Assembly (NCBI GenBank): GCA_963664875.1
Contig: OY761611.1
Coordinates: 2,272,001-2,336,000 of the forward strand
DNA: 64,000 nt
Reading direction: 5' to 3'
From: Candidatus Kapaibacterium sp.
Lineage (GTDB): Bacteria > Bacteroidota > Ignavibacteria > Kapaibacteriales > UBA2268
Each line of letters starts with the position of its first letter. Within the stretch, counting starts at the first letter, position 1. Of the stretch, positions 51,384 to 61,619 are shown piece after piece. The position numbers and the translations under genes were made by a program. The notes under the pieces are model-generated. The model saw nothing but the letters and a program-made list of their open reading frames with translations, searched no databases and was not told where the DNA came from.

Positions 51384-52517
51384 ATGGATTTCGAGGTTAT
51401 AATATGTGGAGCCGGAGTAATAGGTTTGGCTATTGCTCAAAAACTTTCCGAAAACTATAGTTGCCTGATTATCGAAAAGGATACTAATTTCGGGAATGGC
51501 ACAAGTTCTCGAAATAGCGAAGTGATACATGCAGGTTTGTACTATCCGCCAAATTCCCTTAAAGCAAAATTATGTGTAGAAGGCAATAAACTACTTTATG
51601 ACTGGTGCGAAGAACACGATGTACCGTATCAAAAAATAGGAAAATTACTAACTGCAAACGGTATGGCAGAAGAAACCAGACTACTGGAAATTTATAAAAA
51701 TGCCCAACTCTCAGGAGCCTCAGGGCTTAGATTTATATCATCCGATGAGCTAAGTGAGCAAGAACCCTATCTCAAATGTTCAAAAGCACTTCTTTCTGAA
51801 AATACAGGAATTATAGACAGCCACCGATTTATGTACAGCTTGGAAAGTGCTGCTATAAATATGGGATGCACTACTGCATACAATACAAGGATGACAGGAT
51901 TTGATCAAAGAAGCAATTTGCTTATTGTAACAGCAGAAAACCCTGATGGTAGTTCCTTTGAAATTAGCTGTCGGAATTTTGTTAATTCAGCAGGATTGTA
52001 TTCTGACAAAATTGCTTCACTTACCGGTCTGGATGTTGTAAAAGAAGACCTTGAGTTAGAATATTGGAAAGGACACTATTATAAACTTTCGCCATCAAAA
52101 TCAAATTTAGCAAAAAGGTTAATTTATCCTGTACGACCGAAAGATGCAAAAGGCTTGGGGATACACCTAACCAAAGATATGATGGGCTACATTAAATTTG
52201 GCCCGGATGCAGAATTGATAGAAAGTAAAATTGAAACTTATAAGCTCGCTAACGACAAACGAGATTTATTTTATCAAACTATCTCTACTTATTTGTCTGA
52301 TGTAGATGAAACAGATTTGACATTTGATCAAATTGGAATCAGACCTAAGCTAAGCACAAAAAATATCAATTACAGAGACTTTTATATCCAAAACAATTCG
52401 CTAAAGGATGCAACTTCTATCATAAATTTAGTAGGCATGGAATCCCCGGGTTTAACCTCATCTCTTGCTATAGCCGAGTATGTTAATCAGTTAATAGCTA
52501 AATCCCAAAGTTCCTGA
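51384..52517 (+). CDS. FAD-dependent oxidoreductase, L-2-hydroxyglutarate oxidase (LhgO)-like
   Basis: GAGVIGLA, TSSRNSEVIHAGLYY, GLGIHLT, GIRPKL, GMESPGLTSS. Confidence 0.88.
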   Translation: MDFEVIICGAGVIGLAIAQKLSENYSCLIIEKDTNFGNGTSSRNSEVIHAGLYYPPNSLKAKLCVEGNKLLYDWCEEHDVPYQKIGKLLTANGMAEETRLLEIYKNAQLSGASGLRFISSDELSEQEPYLKCSKALLSENTGIIDSHRFMYSLESAAINMGCTTAYNTRMTGFDQRSNLLIVTAENPDGSSFEISCRNFVNSAGLYSDKIASLTGLDVVKEDLELEYWKGHYYKLSPSKSNLAKRLIYPVRPKDAKGLGIHLTKDMMGYIKFGPDAELIESKIETYKLANDKRDLFYQTISTYLSDVDETDLTFDQIGIRPKLSTKNINYRDFYIQNNSLKDATSIINLVGMESPGLTSSLAIAEYVNQLIAKSQSS

Positions 52518-52591
52518 TGTAAATAAGGAAGGAAGAAAGAAAGATTCTTAAGCAATTGTGTTGCAAATCGTTCTATTTGCACAACTCACTC

Positions 52592-52638
52592 AAACAAAAA
52601 CGAAGAAATCAGATTGTTCAATTTCTTCGTTTTTGTTT
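52592..52638. terminator. Bidirectional terminator between convergent genes
   Basis: 18 bp inverted repeat AAACAAAAACGAAGAAAT...ATTTCTTCGTTTTTGTTT. Confidence 0.75.
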
Positions 52639-52659
52639 CATATTTTTTGAAAACTGCGA

Positions 52660-52977
52660 TTAAACGCAACCGGTAGGCTTTGCAAGCCCAGCTACTTTAC
52701 AGGCACCTTTTGCCGGGCCGGAAGGAAATAGGTTGTATATTTGTTTGAGCGGATACCCGGTATCTCTGCACAATTTCCTAATCATTGGTGCTATACCATT
52801 TTTTTGGTAATAGTCTCTTAAATAATTAATAATTTTCCAATGTTCATCAGAAAGGACAGATATTTCTTCTGTCGAAGCCAAGGCAACAGCAATTTCTTCA
52901 TTCCATTGCTCAGGACGCTCCATAAATCCGGCTTCATCTACTTCGATTTTGATATTGTTGTACTCAAAAACAGGCAT
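52660..52977 (-). CDS. dsrC: DsrC/TusE family sulfur relay protein, two-Cys DsrC type
   Basis: VDEAGF, EHWKII.YLRDYY, LFPSGPAKGACKVAGLAKPTGCV (CX10C); SD GGAGG. Confidence 0.85.
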   Translation of the reverse strand: MPVFEYNNIKIEVDEAGFMERPEQWNEEIAVALASTEEISVLSDEHWKIINYLRDYYQKNGIAPMIRKLCRDTGYPLKQIYNLFPSGPAKGACKVAGLAKPTGCV

Positions 52978-53275
52978 GGCTATCCTCCATGTTTATTATT
53001 CGGATATTTTGAATTTTGAGCTAAATATATAACATATTCTTCAAAAAAGAAAATTAAATTATTCTATATTGATAAAAATATTGATAATATCTAATGTGAT
53101 ACAAATTTATTATGTATTTTTATACATTTTTAGTGATGTTTTATATCTTAATTCCAATGCATAGAATTGTTTATTAGCCCTCAGATAAAAAAAGAGACGC
53201 ATCTTCATGCGCCTCCGATTATATATTCTTTTGTATTTAACTTGTAGCCAAAGTAGATATTATTCAAATAATAAT

Positions 53276-54784
53276 TTACTTCGCATCCGAGGCAATCGGA
53301 ATTGAAAATGCGAAAGTAGAGCCTTTGCCAAGTGCTGACTGCACCCATACTCTACCGTGATGGGCTTCCACAAGTTTTTTAACAATCCATAACCCCAAGC
53401 CGGAAGAATGTTCGCCTCCGGTTGGTTTTGCAGATAACTTCACACCTCTTTGGAAAGCTCTCCTGATATCAGCTTCAGAAAGACCTAAACCATTATCATT
53501 AACTTCTACTACAATATTGTTATCTTTTTTTAGAGTATTGATGCGTACAGTGCCACCATTCTGGGTAAATTTTATAGCGTTTGAAACAAGATTATCTATC
53601 ACTTCATCTATTTTTTGAGGATCAATATCTACAGGTGGTAAATTGTCCTGCTTTGTACAGAAAAATGAAATAGATTTATTGTCTGCAGCAACTTTGTTTC
53701 GTGTATGCACATCTTGAGCTATTTCTTCTAAATGTACTCTATTCAAATCAAGATTTACTATTTGCGATTCCAAGGTCAATATTCTCGATACTTCCTGAGA
53801 CAGCGAAACAATTCTAACAGTAGTTTCGGCTATGTCATCTATTATTTCCTGTTGCTCTATAGCTGTAAGGTCGTAAGAGCGAAGCAATTCGACAAGGCTT
53901 TTGATAAGTGAAACAGGGTTTTTGATATCATGTATTATTACAGCAAATAGTTCATCTTTTTGTTTTTGGAGTTCTTCAATTTCGGACTTGCTGTTAGATA
54001 TTTTATTCAAATTTTCTTCGAGAATCTTGTTTTGTTCCTGTAGCTTTTCGCTACGCGACTGAAGTGCATCAATTTGAGCTCTGAGCGAAGCCATTTCGGC
54101 TTTCAGGTTACTGTTTTCGGTGAGTAACTTGTCGTACTCAGCTTTGCTGATTGAGATAGTAGATTTGCTGCTCATTCCAAACTCATCAATTTCTGAATCA
54201 ATATTTTTCTTTTTTGAGTAAATCACAGCAAATATCACACCTGAAATTATAATCCAAAACACAGAAGCTAAAATCAAAGAAAAATAATCAAAAAGCGGAG
54301 CTTCTGTTTTAGTTGGTTGCTGTGCCTTTATTTTATTAACGGCAGTAAGCAAAGAATCTTTTTGATTTTTTATTTCATTTAATTTTTCAAGTAGCAAAGC
54401 TTCATCTGTATCTACTTTGATAGACGCCACAAGAGAGTCAGTTTCCCATTTGCCAAGCAAGTCCCATGCAACTATTTTAAGGGTATATAGACCGTCTTGC
54501 AGATATCTGAATCTTATAAGCGGATTGCCTGTATTTTTTGTATATGAATTTGCACCATCAGAAAAGGTATATCTATACATAAAGTTTTCTTTTTTTGCAC
54601 CTTCAGGAAATTCAACGTTGTAAGTGAAGGTGATAGAATCTTCTTTGCCTATTAGATAAGTATCTGCATCAACTGAAGCTGTACGCTCATTGATATTTAC
54701 AGATTCGAGAGCTAATTCTCGTTTGTCTTGTGCAAATAGTATTGCCGGCAAAAAAGCTAAAAATAATATGATGGTGTTTTTCAT
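53276..54784 (-). CDS. Membrane sensor histidine kinase with periplasmic Y_Y_Y-like domain
   Basis: Signal peptide, YRY...[12 protein letters not shown] helix, coiled coil, [27 protein letters not shown]. Confidence 0.9.
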   Translation of the reverse strand: MKNTIILFLAFLPAILFAQDKRELALESVNINERTASVDADTYLIGKEDSITFTYNVEFPEGAKKENFMYRYTFSDGANSYTKNTGNPLIRFRYLQDGLYTLKIVAWDLLGKWETDSLVASIKVDTDEALLLEKLNEIKNQKDSLLTAVNKIKAQQPTKTEAPLFDYFSLILASVFWIIISGVIFAVIYSKKKNIDSEIDEFGMSSKSTISISKAEYDKLLTENSNLKAEMASLRAQIDALQSRSEKLQEQNKILEENLNKISNSKSEIEELQKQKDELFAVIIHDIKNPVSLIKSLVELLRSYDLTAIEQQEIIDDIAETTVRIVSLSQEVSRILTLESQIVNLDLNRVHLEEIAQDVHTRNKVAADNKSISFFCTKQDNLPPVDIDPQKIDEVIDNLVSNAIKFTQNGGTVRINTLKKDNNIVVEVNDNGLGLSEADIRRAFQRGVKLSAKPTGGEHSSGLGLWIVKKLVEAHHGRVWVQSALGKGSTFAFSIPIASDAK

Positions 54785-54802
54785 CTTTCGCTCTGTCTTT
54801 TT

Positions 54803-55522
54803 TTATTCTACTTCGAAAGCTTTCTTTCTTTTAAGTACAGCCTGATGTCTTGGTCTGTAACTTTTTTTCTTAAGCACATCTTCTAAAATCTTTTTCACAT
54901 CGAAAAAAGTTTTATAAGGATAATGTGGGATTCTTTCTTTTGTGCAGTATGCAGCAAGTTTCTTTTTCGCAAAAACTATGTCCGCATGCTCAGCAACACA
55001 CATATCAGAATTGCCGTCCCCTATAAATACTATAATCGAATCAGTCTCAGTACTATTGAGTACAGAATTTCTTTTGCATGATGCACAGAAGCAATCGCAT
55101 GATTCGCTGGCGCCGGGGAACACAGGAACAAAAGAACTATCCTCATAATTCAAAATATTGCTTCTTACCGGTAAATACTCCAGATTCATTTTGCGGAGTA
55201 TAGGCTTGATATAAGCATCATACCCATCGCTCACTATTGTAAGCGGCAAATCTTGTTGCCTGCAAAAGTCAGCAAAAGATTTAAAATAGGGATCTACTTC
55301 GCAGTTTTCAGCATATTTTGTCAAATCTTCAGGAGTAAGATTTTTGTCAAGAGTAGAGCAAACTTTGAGCCAATATTCGGATATTTCCATATTCCCTTCT
55401 AAAAGCATACTGTGCCAGGGTTCAAATTCACCAAAATCTTTGAACAGTTGATCTCCGATATCTTTAACAGCTATCGTACCGTCAAAATCTGAGAAAACAG
55501 CGATGTTATGTTTTTTTTGCAT
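54803..55522 (-). CDS. MtnX-like HAD-IB family phosphatase
   Basis: FSDFDGTI, IVSDG, CDCFCASCK, IGDGNSD, VFAK. Confidence 0.88.
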   Translation of the reverse strand: MQKKHNIAVFSDFDGTIAVKDIGDQLFKDFGEFEPWHSMLLEGNMEISEYWLKVCSTLDKNLTPEDLTKYAENCEVDPYFKSFADFCRQQDLPLTIVSDGYDAYIKPILRKMNLEYLPVRSNILNYEDSSFVPVFPGASESCDCFCASCKRNSVLNSTETDSIIVFIGDGNSDMCVAEHADIVFAKKKLAAYCTKERIPHYPYKTFFDVKKILEDVLKKKSYRPRHQAVLKRKKAFEVE

Positions 55523-55575
55523 ATATAACTTAAAACCCTTGTTATACAATCTTTGTGCTGATTTTATAGATATGT

Positions 55576-56625
55576 CTATTGTTTGTTGTAATAGCTATTT
55601 AGCCATTCTTCAAATTTTACCAATTCTGCGTTATGTTGTTTCAAATCATCAATAGAGCGTTGAGAAACAGATTGCCTGATATATCTGCAAAACGTACCTG
55701 TATATCCGGCTTTATGTAAATCAGTAAAAAACTTTGTATAAAAATTTATAGCAAAACTTTTTGAGTCAGCATTTTTTTGCATTGTATTTTCAAGCAAAGT
55801 AAAAAATGCAACCGTTTGGGCTATAAATAAGTCATCATTTAGAGATTCGTCAAAGTGGGGGGCATAATCTCCTGCTGCCATAAGAGAGAGATAAATATCA
55901 GCTTCGGCAAAGAGATTTGTAGTGTCGGGAGATATATACACTTTTGCTTTAGAAGAATCATCGCTATTATTTTTTGTAACACCAAGTGCTATTAGATTGT
56001 CTATTAGTTTAAGCGAGATTTTTGATTTAGGAGAATCCGGTTCTAAAAGCAAGAAATAGTAGAAGGACATGATTGCCTGGGATTTTCTTGCATATTTGCT
56101 CATAATTCTTCCCAAAAGGAAATGGCTATTAGCGTGTGAGTGATTAGCCCTGATAGCTTCAATCAGGAAACCGGCAGCCTTATCATCTTTTTCCTGTTTG
56201 TAGTTAATGTGGGCAAGATTATAATAAAACAGGCAGTTATCACCATATTTCGCAACTGCGTCTTTCAGGATTCTTTCAGCTTCGTCATATTTGTAGAGTG
56301 CATCTAATATGGAGCTTTTAAGCAGTATAGCTTCTTTTTCGTATTTGCCATCGGTTTCTTTGACTCGATTGATATGCTCTAATGCTTTTTCGTAAAAGCC
56401 TAGAGAAAAGTAACTTAGAGACATTTCATAGTGGATAAGCGAGCTACCCGGAGAGAGCTGCAAAGCCTCTTCATAAAGTTCGAGAGCTGATCGATAATCT
56501 CCTGTGTTATGCAGCTCAACACCTTTGGAAATAAGACTATCAACTTTAGTAGAGTCGGAATACTGAGCTGTTGCAGAATATAAGCAGGCAACAAAAATAG
56601 CCGCAATTATTATTAGATTTCTCAT
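55576..56625 (-). CDS. Secreted tetratricopeptide-repeat protein
   Basis: Signal peptide; GDYRSALELYEEALQLSP and further TPR helices. Confidence 0.85.
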   Translation of the reverse strand: MRNLIIIAAIFVACLYSATAQYSDSTKVDSLISKGVELHNTGDYRSALELYEEALQLSPGSSLIHYEMSLSYFSLGFYEKALEHINRVKETDGKYEKEAILLKSSILDALYKYDEAERILKDAVAKYGDNCLFYYNLAHINYKQEKDDKAAGFLIEAIRANHSHANSHFLLGRIMSKYARKSQAIMSFYYFLLLEPDSPKSKISLKLIDNLIALGVTKNNSDDSSKAKVYISPDTTNLFAEADIYLSLMAAGDYAPHFDESLNDDLFIAQTVAFFTLLENTMQKNADSKSFAINFYTKFFTDLHKAGYTGTFCRYIRQSVSQRSIDDLKQHNAELVKFEEWLNSYYNKQ

Positions 56626-56714
56626 GTTGTTATCTATATTTGATTTTTGAATACATTACGCTTTGTAAAATAAAAAAAAGGATATCCAAATCAAATTGAA
56701 TATCCTTGTTTGAG

Positions 56715-56788
56715 GGCGAGCGACCGGATTTGAACCGGCGACCACTAGAGCCACAATCTAGTGCTCTACCTACTGAGCTACGCCCGCC
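56715..56788 (-). tRNA. tRNA-His(GTG)
   Basis: G-1 + GCGGGCG/CGCTCGC acceptor stem, C73, anticodon arm CTAGA-TTGTGGC-TCTAG, GGTTCAAATCC; CCA not encoded. Confidence 0.96.
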
Positions 56789-57058
56789 GTCATCGAAATA
56801 GAGTACAAAAATAAAAGAAAGAAATAAGATATGCAAGACATTTTTTGAATGGACAAAGATTTTAGGATTATCTGATAAATATTATTTTTTTTGAGTGTAA
56901 TTTTAGTTTGTAGCTTGTTAATTATCAAGTATTTTCATAAGTTAAGATATTCCCTATTAGTACAGGCATAAAAATAAATACATAAAAAGAAGAAAAGTTT
57001 GAACTCAAAGTTCTATCGAGTATATTTCTTGTTTTTTTATTTTAAGGAGTGTTTTTTT

Positions 57059-59800
57059 ATGAAACGCATAAGTATGCTTTTTTTGGCAGTCTTATTAGCT
57101 GCCGGATACGCATTTGCAGATTCTCCAAGAATGATTCTTATGGAAGAATTTACAAATGCAAGTTGCGGTCCTTGCGCAAGCCAGAATCCAACTTACCAAG
57201 CTTTTATACAAAGTAATGCTGGAAAAGTGATTCCAATTGCATTCCACCCAAATTTCCCGGGTGATGATATTTTCTATGATCACAATCCTGCTATGTCTGA
57301 CACTCGTATCAACTATTATGGTATTGATGGCGTGCCTGCTGTTAGAGTAAACGGAGCATTACCTCTTGATACGGACGGGAATGCCTACGACGGTGCACCT
57401 GCTGATACATCAGATATACGTAAAGAGATGAATAAATACCTTGCTATGTCTCCTGTTGACATGACTTTAACTGAAGTGCGTAACGGCAACAATGTAGAAC
57501 TAAACCTTACAGTAGCTTCTTCTCAAACTTTAGTTGGCAAAAAACTTCGCGTTGCCGCAGTTGAATTTGTATGTATGTACCCTGAAGGCGAAACAGCACC
57601 TAACGGCGAGGAACATTTCTTTTGGGTAGCACGCAAAATGTATGACAATGCTGCCGGTGCTACTATAATTGATGATAATTTTAAAAAAAAAATTACTGCT
57701 ACAATGGATGCAGCTTGGAACCCTAACAATATATACTTCGTTGCATGGATTCAAGATGACAACAGCAAAGAGGTATTACAAGCAGCATCAACAATGAAAC
57801 CTACTGTTGAAATTGATGTAATGCCAAATGCGACACAGATTACAGACATTTTCAATACAGTAAAAAGAAACGGAAGTGTTTCATTGGACTTCACTGTAAC
57901 TAATACCAATAGTACAGCCATTGAGTATGCTTTCACAAATAATTCTAATGTACCTTCTGACTGGAATGTAACCATTACTCCTTCTACTGCAAACATAGCA
58001 GCAGGCGGAACTCAAACTGTAACTGTAACTATAAATGCAGGTCAGCAGGCAGCTTTTGGTTTTGGTGGTTTGGCAGTTGGTATCAATTCTAATTCTTATT
58101 TAGCATACCCTCAATCTATTGGTTTTTATGCTTTAATGCAAGAAACTAAATATGTGTACTACCAATCGCACAGCAGAGATATGGTCTATACTGTTCCTGC
58201 TATGAATACTAAGTATGGTAAAGATTTTGCTTCTCTACCATTGAACCAATACACATACGACGCATATCCTCCGTCAAACTTTGACTGTGTGATTTTCTCT
58301 AAATACTCACTAACAACTGAGTTGGGTCAAGGTTCTTATCCTTTGACTGATGATGAAATTATGATAGCAGAAGAAATGATGTCTCTTGGCAAAGGTGTAC
58401 TTTTATTCTCTGACGTATCCGGTATCTATGCTACACAGTTGGCTGATCAATTGCCTAAATTGAATAATTTCTTATTCAATACTTTAGGTTTGGAATATGC
58501 CGGAACAAATGCACTATTTAATGACCAGGGACAATTATACAATGTACCTATAGAAGGTATTAGCGGCGACCCTGTATCAAGCGGCATCAGTTATGCACTT
58601 AACTCAGGTGCTTCTCAGCAGCTTTACAATTTATGGTTAGAATTTTTTACTTTGAAACCAACTAGTAAAGCTACTGAAATCTTAAAAACTACGCTACAAA
58701 GTGCGGATTACTATACCGGTTTCAGAATGGAAGATGCAAATAAGGGTAGAGTAATTTATGTAACGTCAGGCTTCGAAGGTAATTCAGACATCAACGTAAA
58801 CAAAAACTTTATCGAAAAAGCTATCACTTGGCTAACTGCTAACTCAGGTTCTGCAGGTCCAAGAGCAGAAGTTGCAGGCGTAACTAATAATGCTTTGGCT
58901 TACGGCAACGTAACTATGAATACTACTTCTTCTAAAACTATTACCATTACAAACAAAGGTAGTGAAAATCTTACTTATACTCTTTCCAAAAAAGGTATGA
59001 ACCCATCTACTTTCGTTTTAGAAGGCAAACAAGAAAATAAACAATACACAGTTACTCCTGGCGAATCACAAACTATCACGCTTGTGTTCTCACCGACTGC
59101 TGAAAAAGACTACACTGCAGAATTAGTAATTGCAACCAACGATGCAAACAATGCAAGCATCAAAGTTGCACTTACAGGCAAAGGTATTTCTGATGCAGCT
59201 CCTGCAATTTCGCTTAGCACTACTTCTTTAGTATTCCCAGCTACTGCGGAAGCTACAGAAAAAACTATTACTTTGAATAACACCGGCAATGCAGCTCTTA
59301 ATATTTCTGCTATTACAATCGCCGGTGCAGATGCTTCTGCTTTCGAAGTTATTTCTGCTCAAAATGTTGCAGTTCAAGCAGGTAATTCTTATGACATCAA
59401 CATTCGTTTTACTCCTGACGCAACTAAAACTTACAACGCAACTCTAACTATCAAATCTAATATTGATGATGTTGCTGTAGCTCTTACAGGCGAAGGTACA
59501 ACTTCAGTTATAGACGGATGGGCAGGCTCTGTAGAGTTCGTTTCAGTTAATGTAGGACCAAACCCTGTAGCAGAAACTGCAACTGTTAAATACACAGTTG
59601 GTACAAAAGCTCAGATGCTGGATATGTACATAGCTGACGCTAACGGCAATTTCGTAGCACAGCTTGTAAAAGAAAACACTCCTATGAGCGGCGATGCAAC
59701 AGCTACATTTAGCGTTGCTAACATTGCTTCAGGCAAATACTTTATAATAGCTAACACAGGTAACTTCAGAGCAGAATTGCCATTTGTTGTTGCTAAGTAA
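57059..59800 (+). CDS. Omp28-related thioredoxin-fold surface protein with Ig-like (ASH/choice-of-anchor D) repeats and T9SS C-terminal domain
   Basis: ATG 57059 after AAGGAG; signal peptide; MEEFTNASCGPCA; ITNKGSENL and LNNTGNAAL Ig domains; GPNPV...SGKYFII..FVVAK. Confidence 0.85.
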   Translation: MKRISMLFLAVLLAAGYAFADSPRMILMEEFTNASCGPCASQNPTYQAFIQSNAGKVIPIAFHPNFPGDDIFYDHNPAMSDTRINYYGIDGVPAVRVNGALPLDTDGNAYDGAPADTSDIRKEMNKYLAMSPVDMTLTEVRNGNNVELNLTVASSQTLVGKKLRVAAVEFVCMYPEGETAPNGEEHFFWVARKMYDNAAGATIIDDNFKKKITATMDAAWNPNNIYFVAWIQDDNSKEVLQAASTMKPTVEIDVMPNATQITDIFNTVKRNGSVSLDFTVTNTNSTAIEYAFTNNSNVPSDWNVTITPSTANIAAGGTQTVTVTINAGQQAAFGFGGLAVGINSNSYLAYPQSIGFYALMQETKYVYYQSHSRDMVYTVPAMNTKYGKDFASLPLNQYTYDAYPPSNFDCVIFSKYSLTTELGQGSYPLTDDEIMIAEEMMSLGKGVLLFSDVSGIYATQLADQLPKLNNFLFNTLGLEYAGTNALFNDQGQLYNVPIEGISGDPVSSGISYALNSGASQQLYNLWLEFFTLKPTSKATEILKTTLQSADYYTGFRMEDANKGRVIYVTSGFEGNSDINVNKNFIEKAITWLTANSGSAGPRAEVAGVTNNALAYGNVTMNTTSSKTITITNKGSENLTYTLSKKGMNPSTFVLEGKQENKQYTVTPGESQTITLVFSPTAEKDYTAELVIATNDANNASIKVALTGKGISDAAPAISLSTTSLVFPATAEATEKTITLNNTGNAALNISAITIAGADASAFEVISAQNVAVQAGNSYDINIRFTPDATKTYNATLTIKSNIDDVAVALTGEGTTSVIDGWAGSVEFVSVNVGPNPVAETATVKYTVGTKAQMLDMYIADANGNFVAQLVKENTPMSGDATATFSVANIASGKYFIIANTGNFRAELPFVVAK

Positions 59801-59832
59801 ATTTCTAAAATCTAAATCTGAGATTTAGAAAG

Positions 59833-59870
59833 AATGCCTTGCGTTTTATAGTAACGCAAGGCATTTTTTT
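59833..59870 (+). terminator. Intrinsic terminator
   Basis: AATGCCTTGCGTT-N7-AACGCAAGGCATT plus T run. Confidence 0.85.
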
Positions 59871-60075
59871 ATGCCTGATATTTTTTTGATTGATTTGGTA
59901 GATTTTACCATTAGCTTTTTGAGATGTAGCAATACATTGAATTTGATTCTAATAAAAATTGTAGCTGTCAATTCCTGCAATATCAGTCCTATTGGGTTTT
60001 ACTATAATACAATCACAAGTTGGTTTTATTCCTTATATTTGCATGTTGAAAATATAAACAATCAAGAATATAGCT

Positions 60076-60918
60076 ATGAGTATCTTAGAGGCAATAATAT
60101 TAGGTCTGATTCAGGGACTTAGCGAATTTATTCCTATTAGCAGCACTGCACATTTGACTATCGCCGGGAAGCTAATGGGACTTGTTGATCCACAGCACCC
60201 CGAGCAGTGGACATCTTTCATTGCTACAATTCAGTTAGGTACATTACTGGCTGTATTTTTATATTTTGCAAAAGATATCAAATCCATTCCAATTGCGTTT
60301 ATAAAAGACAATATCGTAAATCGAAAAAGCTATTCGCAGCAATCAGACGATTCGAAAATGGGCTGGAACATAATAATCGGATCTCTTCCGATAGGTATAT
60401 TTGGAATAATGCTCAAAAAAATTGTAGAAGGCAACTTAACGAAAGACCCTTATGTAATTGCTTCGAGTCTAATCCTTCTGGGTGTTATACTTTTTATAGC
60501 AGAACGATATGCTTCTTTAAAGAAAGAAATGAGCAATATAACTGTCAAAGATGCAATTTTGGTTGGATTAAGTCAGTGTCTCGCTTTGATTCCCGGATCT
60601 TCAAGGTCTGGTACAACTATCACAGCAGGCTTGTTTTTGGGAATGACCCGAGAAGCGGCGGCAAGATTTTCCTTTTTACTTTCAATCCCTGCTATTGCAG
60701 CTAGCGGACTGCTCTCCTTTTATCAGGAAGTACAGTTCCTCCAATCAGACCAACTTATAACTCTGCTCACAGCAACAATAGTTTCTGCAGTTTCAGGATA
60801 CGCAGCTATTGCTTTTCTGATAAACTATCTTAAAAAGAAATCAACCTTGCTTTTTATCATTTACAGAATAGCGTTGGGGATTGCACTAATCATTATGGCA
60901 TTAGCTAAGATAATCTAA
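60076..60918 (+). CDS. uppP: Undecaprenyl-diphosphate phosphatase
   Basis: QGLSEFIPISSTAH, IQLGT, ALIPGSSRSGTT, AARFSFLLSIP, FIIYRI. Confidence 0.96.
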   Translation: MSILEAIILGLIQGLSEFIPISSTAHLTIAGKLMGLVDPQHPEQWTSFIATIQLGTLLAVFLYFAKDIKSIPIAFIKDNIVNRKSYSQQSDDSKMGWNIIIGSLPIGIFGIMLKKIVEGNLTKDPYVIASSLILLGVILFIAERYASLKKEMSNITVKDAILVGLSQCLALIPGSSRSGTTITAGLFLGMTREAAARFSFLLSIPAIAASGLLSFYQEVQFLQSDQLITLLTATIVSAVSGYAAIAFLINYLKKKSTLLFIIYRIALGIALIIMALAKII

Positions 60919-60935
60919 GCTAAAAGAACATTTAC

Positions 60936-60980
60936 AAAAAAAACCGCAGTACTATAGGGATAAGTTACTGCGGTTTTTTT
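60936..60980. terminator. Terminator after uppP
   Basis: AAAAAAACCGCAGTA...TACTGCGGTTTTTTT; a second hairpin AAAAAGCTAA...TTAGCTTTTT at 61011..61044 follows tRNA-Glu. Confidence 0.8.
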
Positions 60981-61045
60981 GTATTGCATTTGTTTTAATG
61001 TATTTGAAACAAAAAAAGCTAACTCTTTGTGGAATTAGCTTTTTG

Positions 61046-61117
61046 TGATCCTAAGGGGATTCGAACCCCTACTGCCAGCGTGAAAGGCTGGTGACCTAAC
61101 CGTTAGTCGATAGGACC
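61046..61117 (-). tRNA. tRNA-Glu(TTC)
   Basis: GGTCCTA/TAGGATC acceptor stem, CCAGC-CTTTCAC-GCTGG anticodon arm, GGTTCGAATCC; CCA not encoded. Confidence 0.96.
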
Positions 61118-61619
61118 ATTTTCTGTTGTGTGTCTCTTTTAGAGAGTTCAAAAATAAGAAGTTTATTTTAAACTTCCAAATCTTTTTTTGATTTTTTTAT
61201 TTTTTTTAGAACTCTTTTTTTGCCCAAATGGCATTGCCATCAAGAACGATACAAATATAAGAGATTATTTGTGAATATACCAATAATAAGGACTGAATAG
61301 TTGGTAAGCACGTTCATATAGCCTTAACTACTCCTTGACAATACTCTCTATTCCGTTATAATTCCGTTATAATTCAGATATTTATAGGATACGATAAAAA
61401 TTCTTTACATCAAGTTTTATATCTGATTTTGTTAAGATTATAAGGTTTCGAGGTAAAAAATTACCTTCGCTTTTTGCTTGATTCACTTAATGGAAGTATA
61501 ATTGAACTAAAAGAGCTTTATGTCAGAAACTATTTTTCCTATAAATTCTGCTTATGTGGTCGCTTTTTTGTATTTTTGATAGAATGAATTACTATGCACA
61601 AGATTATATAGATTATAAT

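Noticed and set aside
56630-56836. 68-aa ORF
   Set aside because: It is a translation across tRNA-His
61350-61375. Tandem repeat ATTCCGTTATA x2 plus a partial copy
   Set aside because: Two adjacent units with no spacers; not a CRISPR array and consistent with simple slippage
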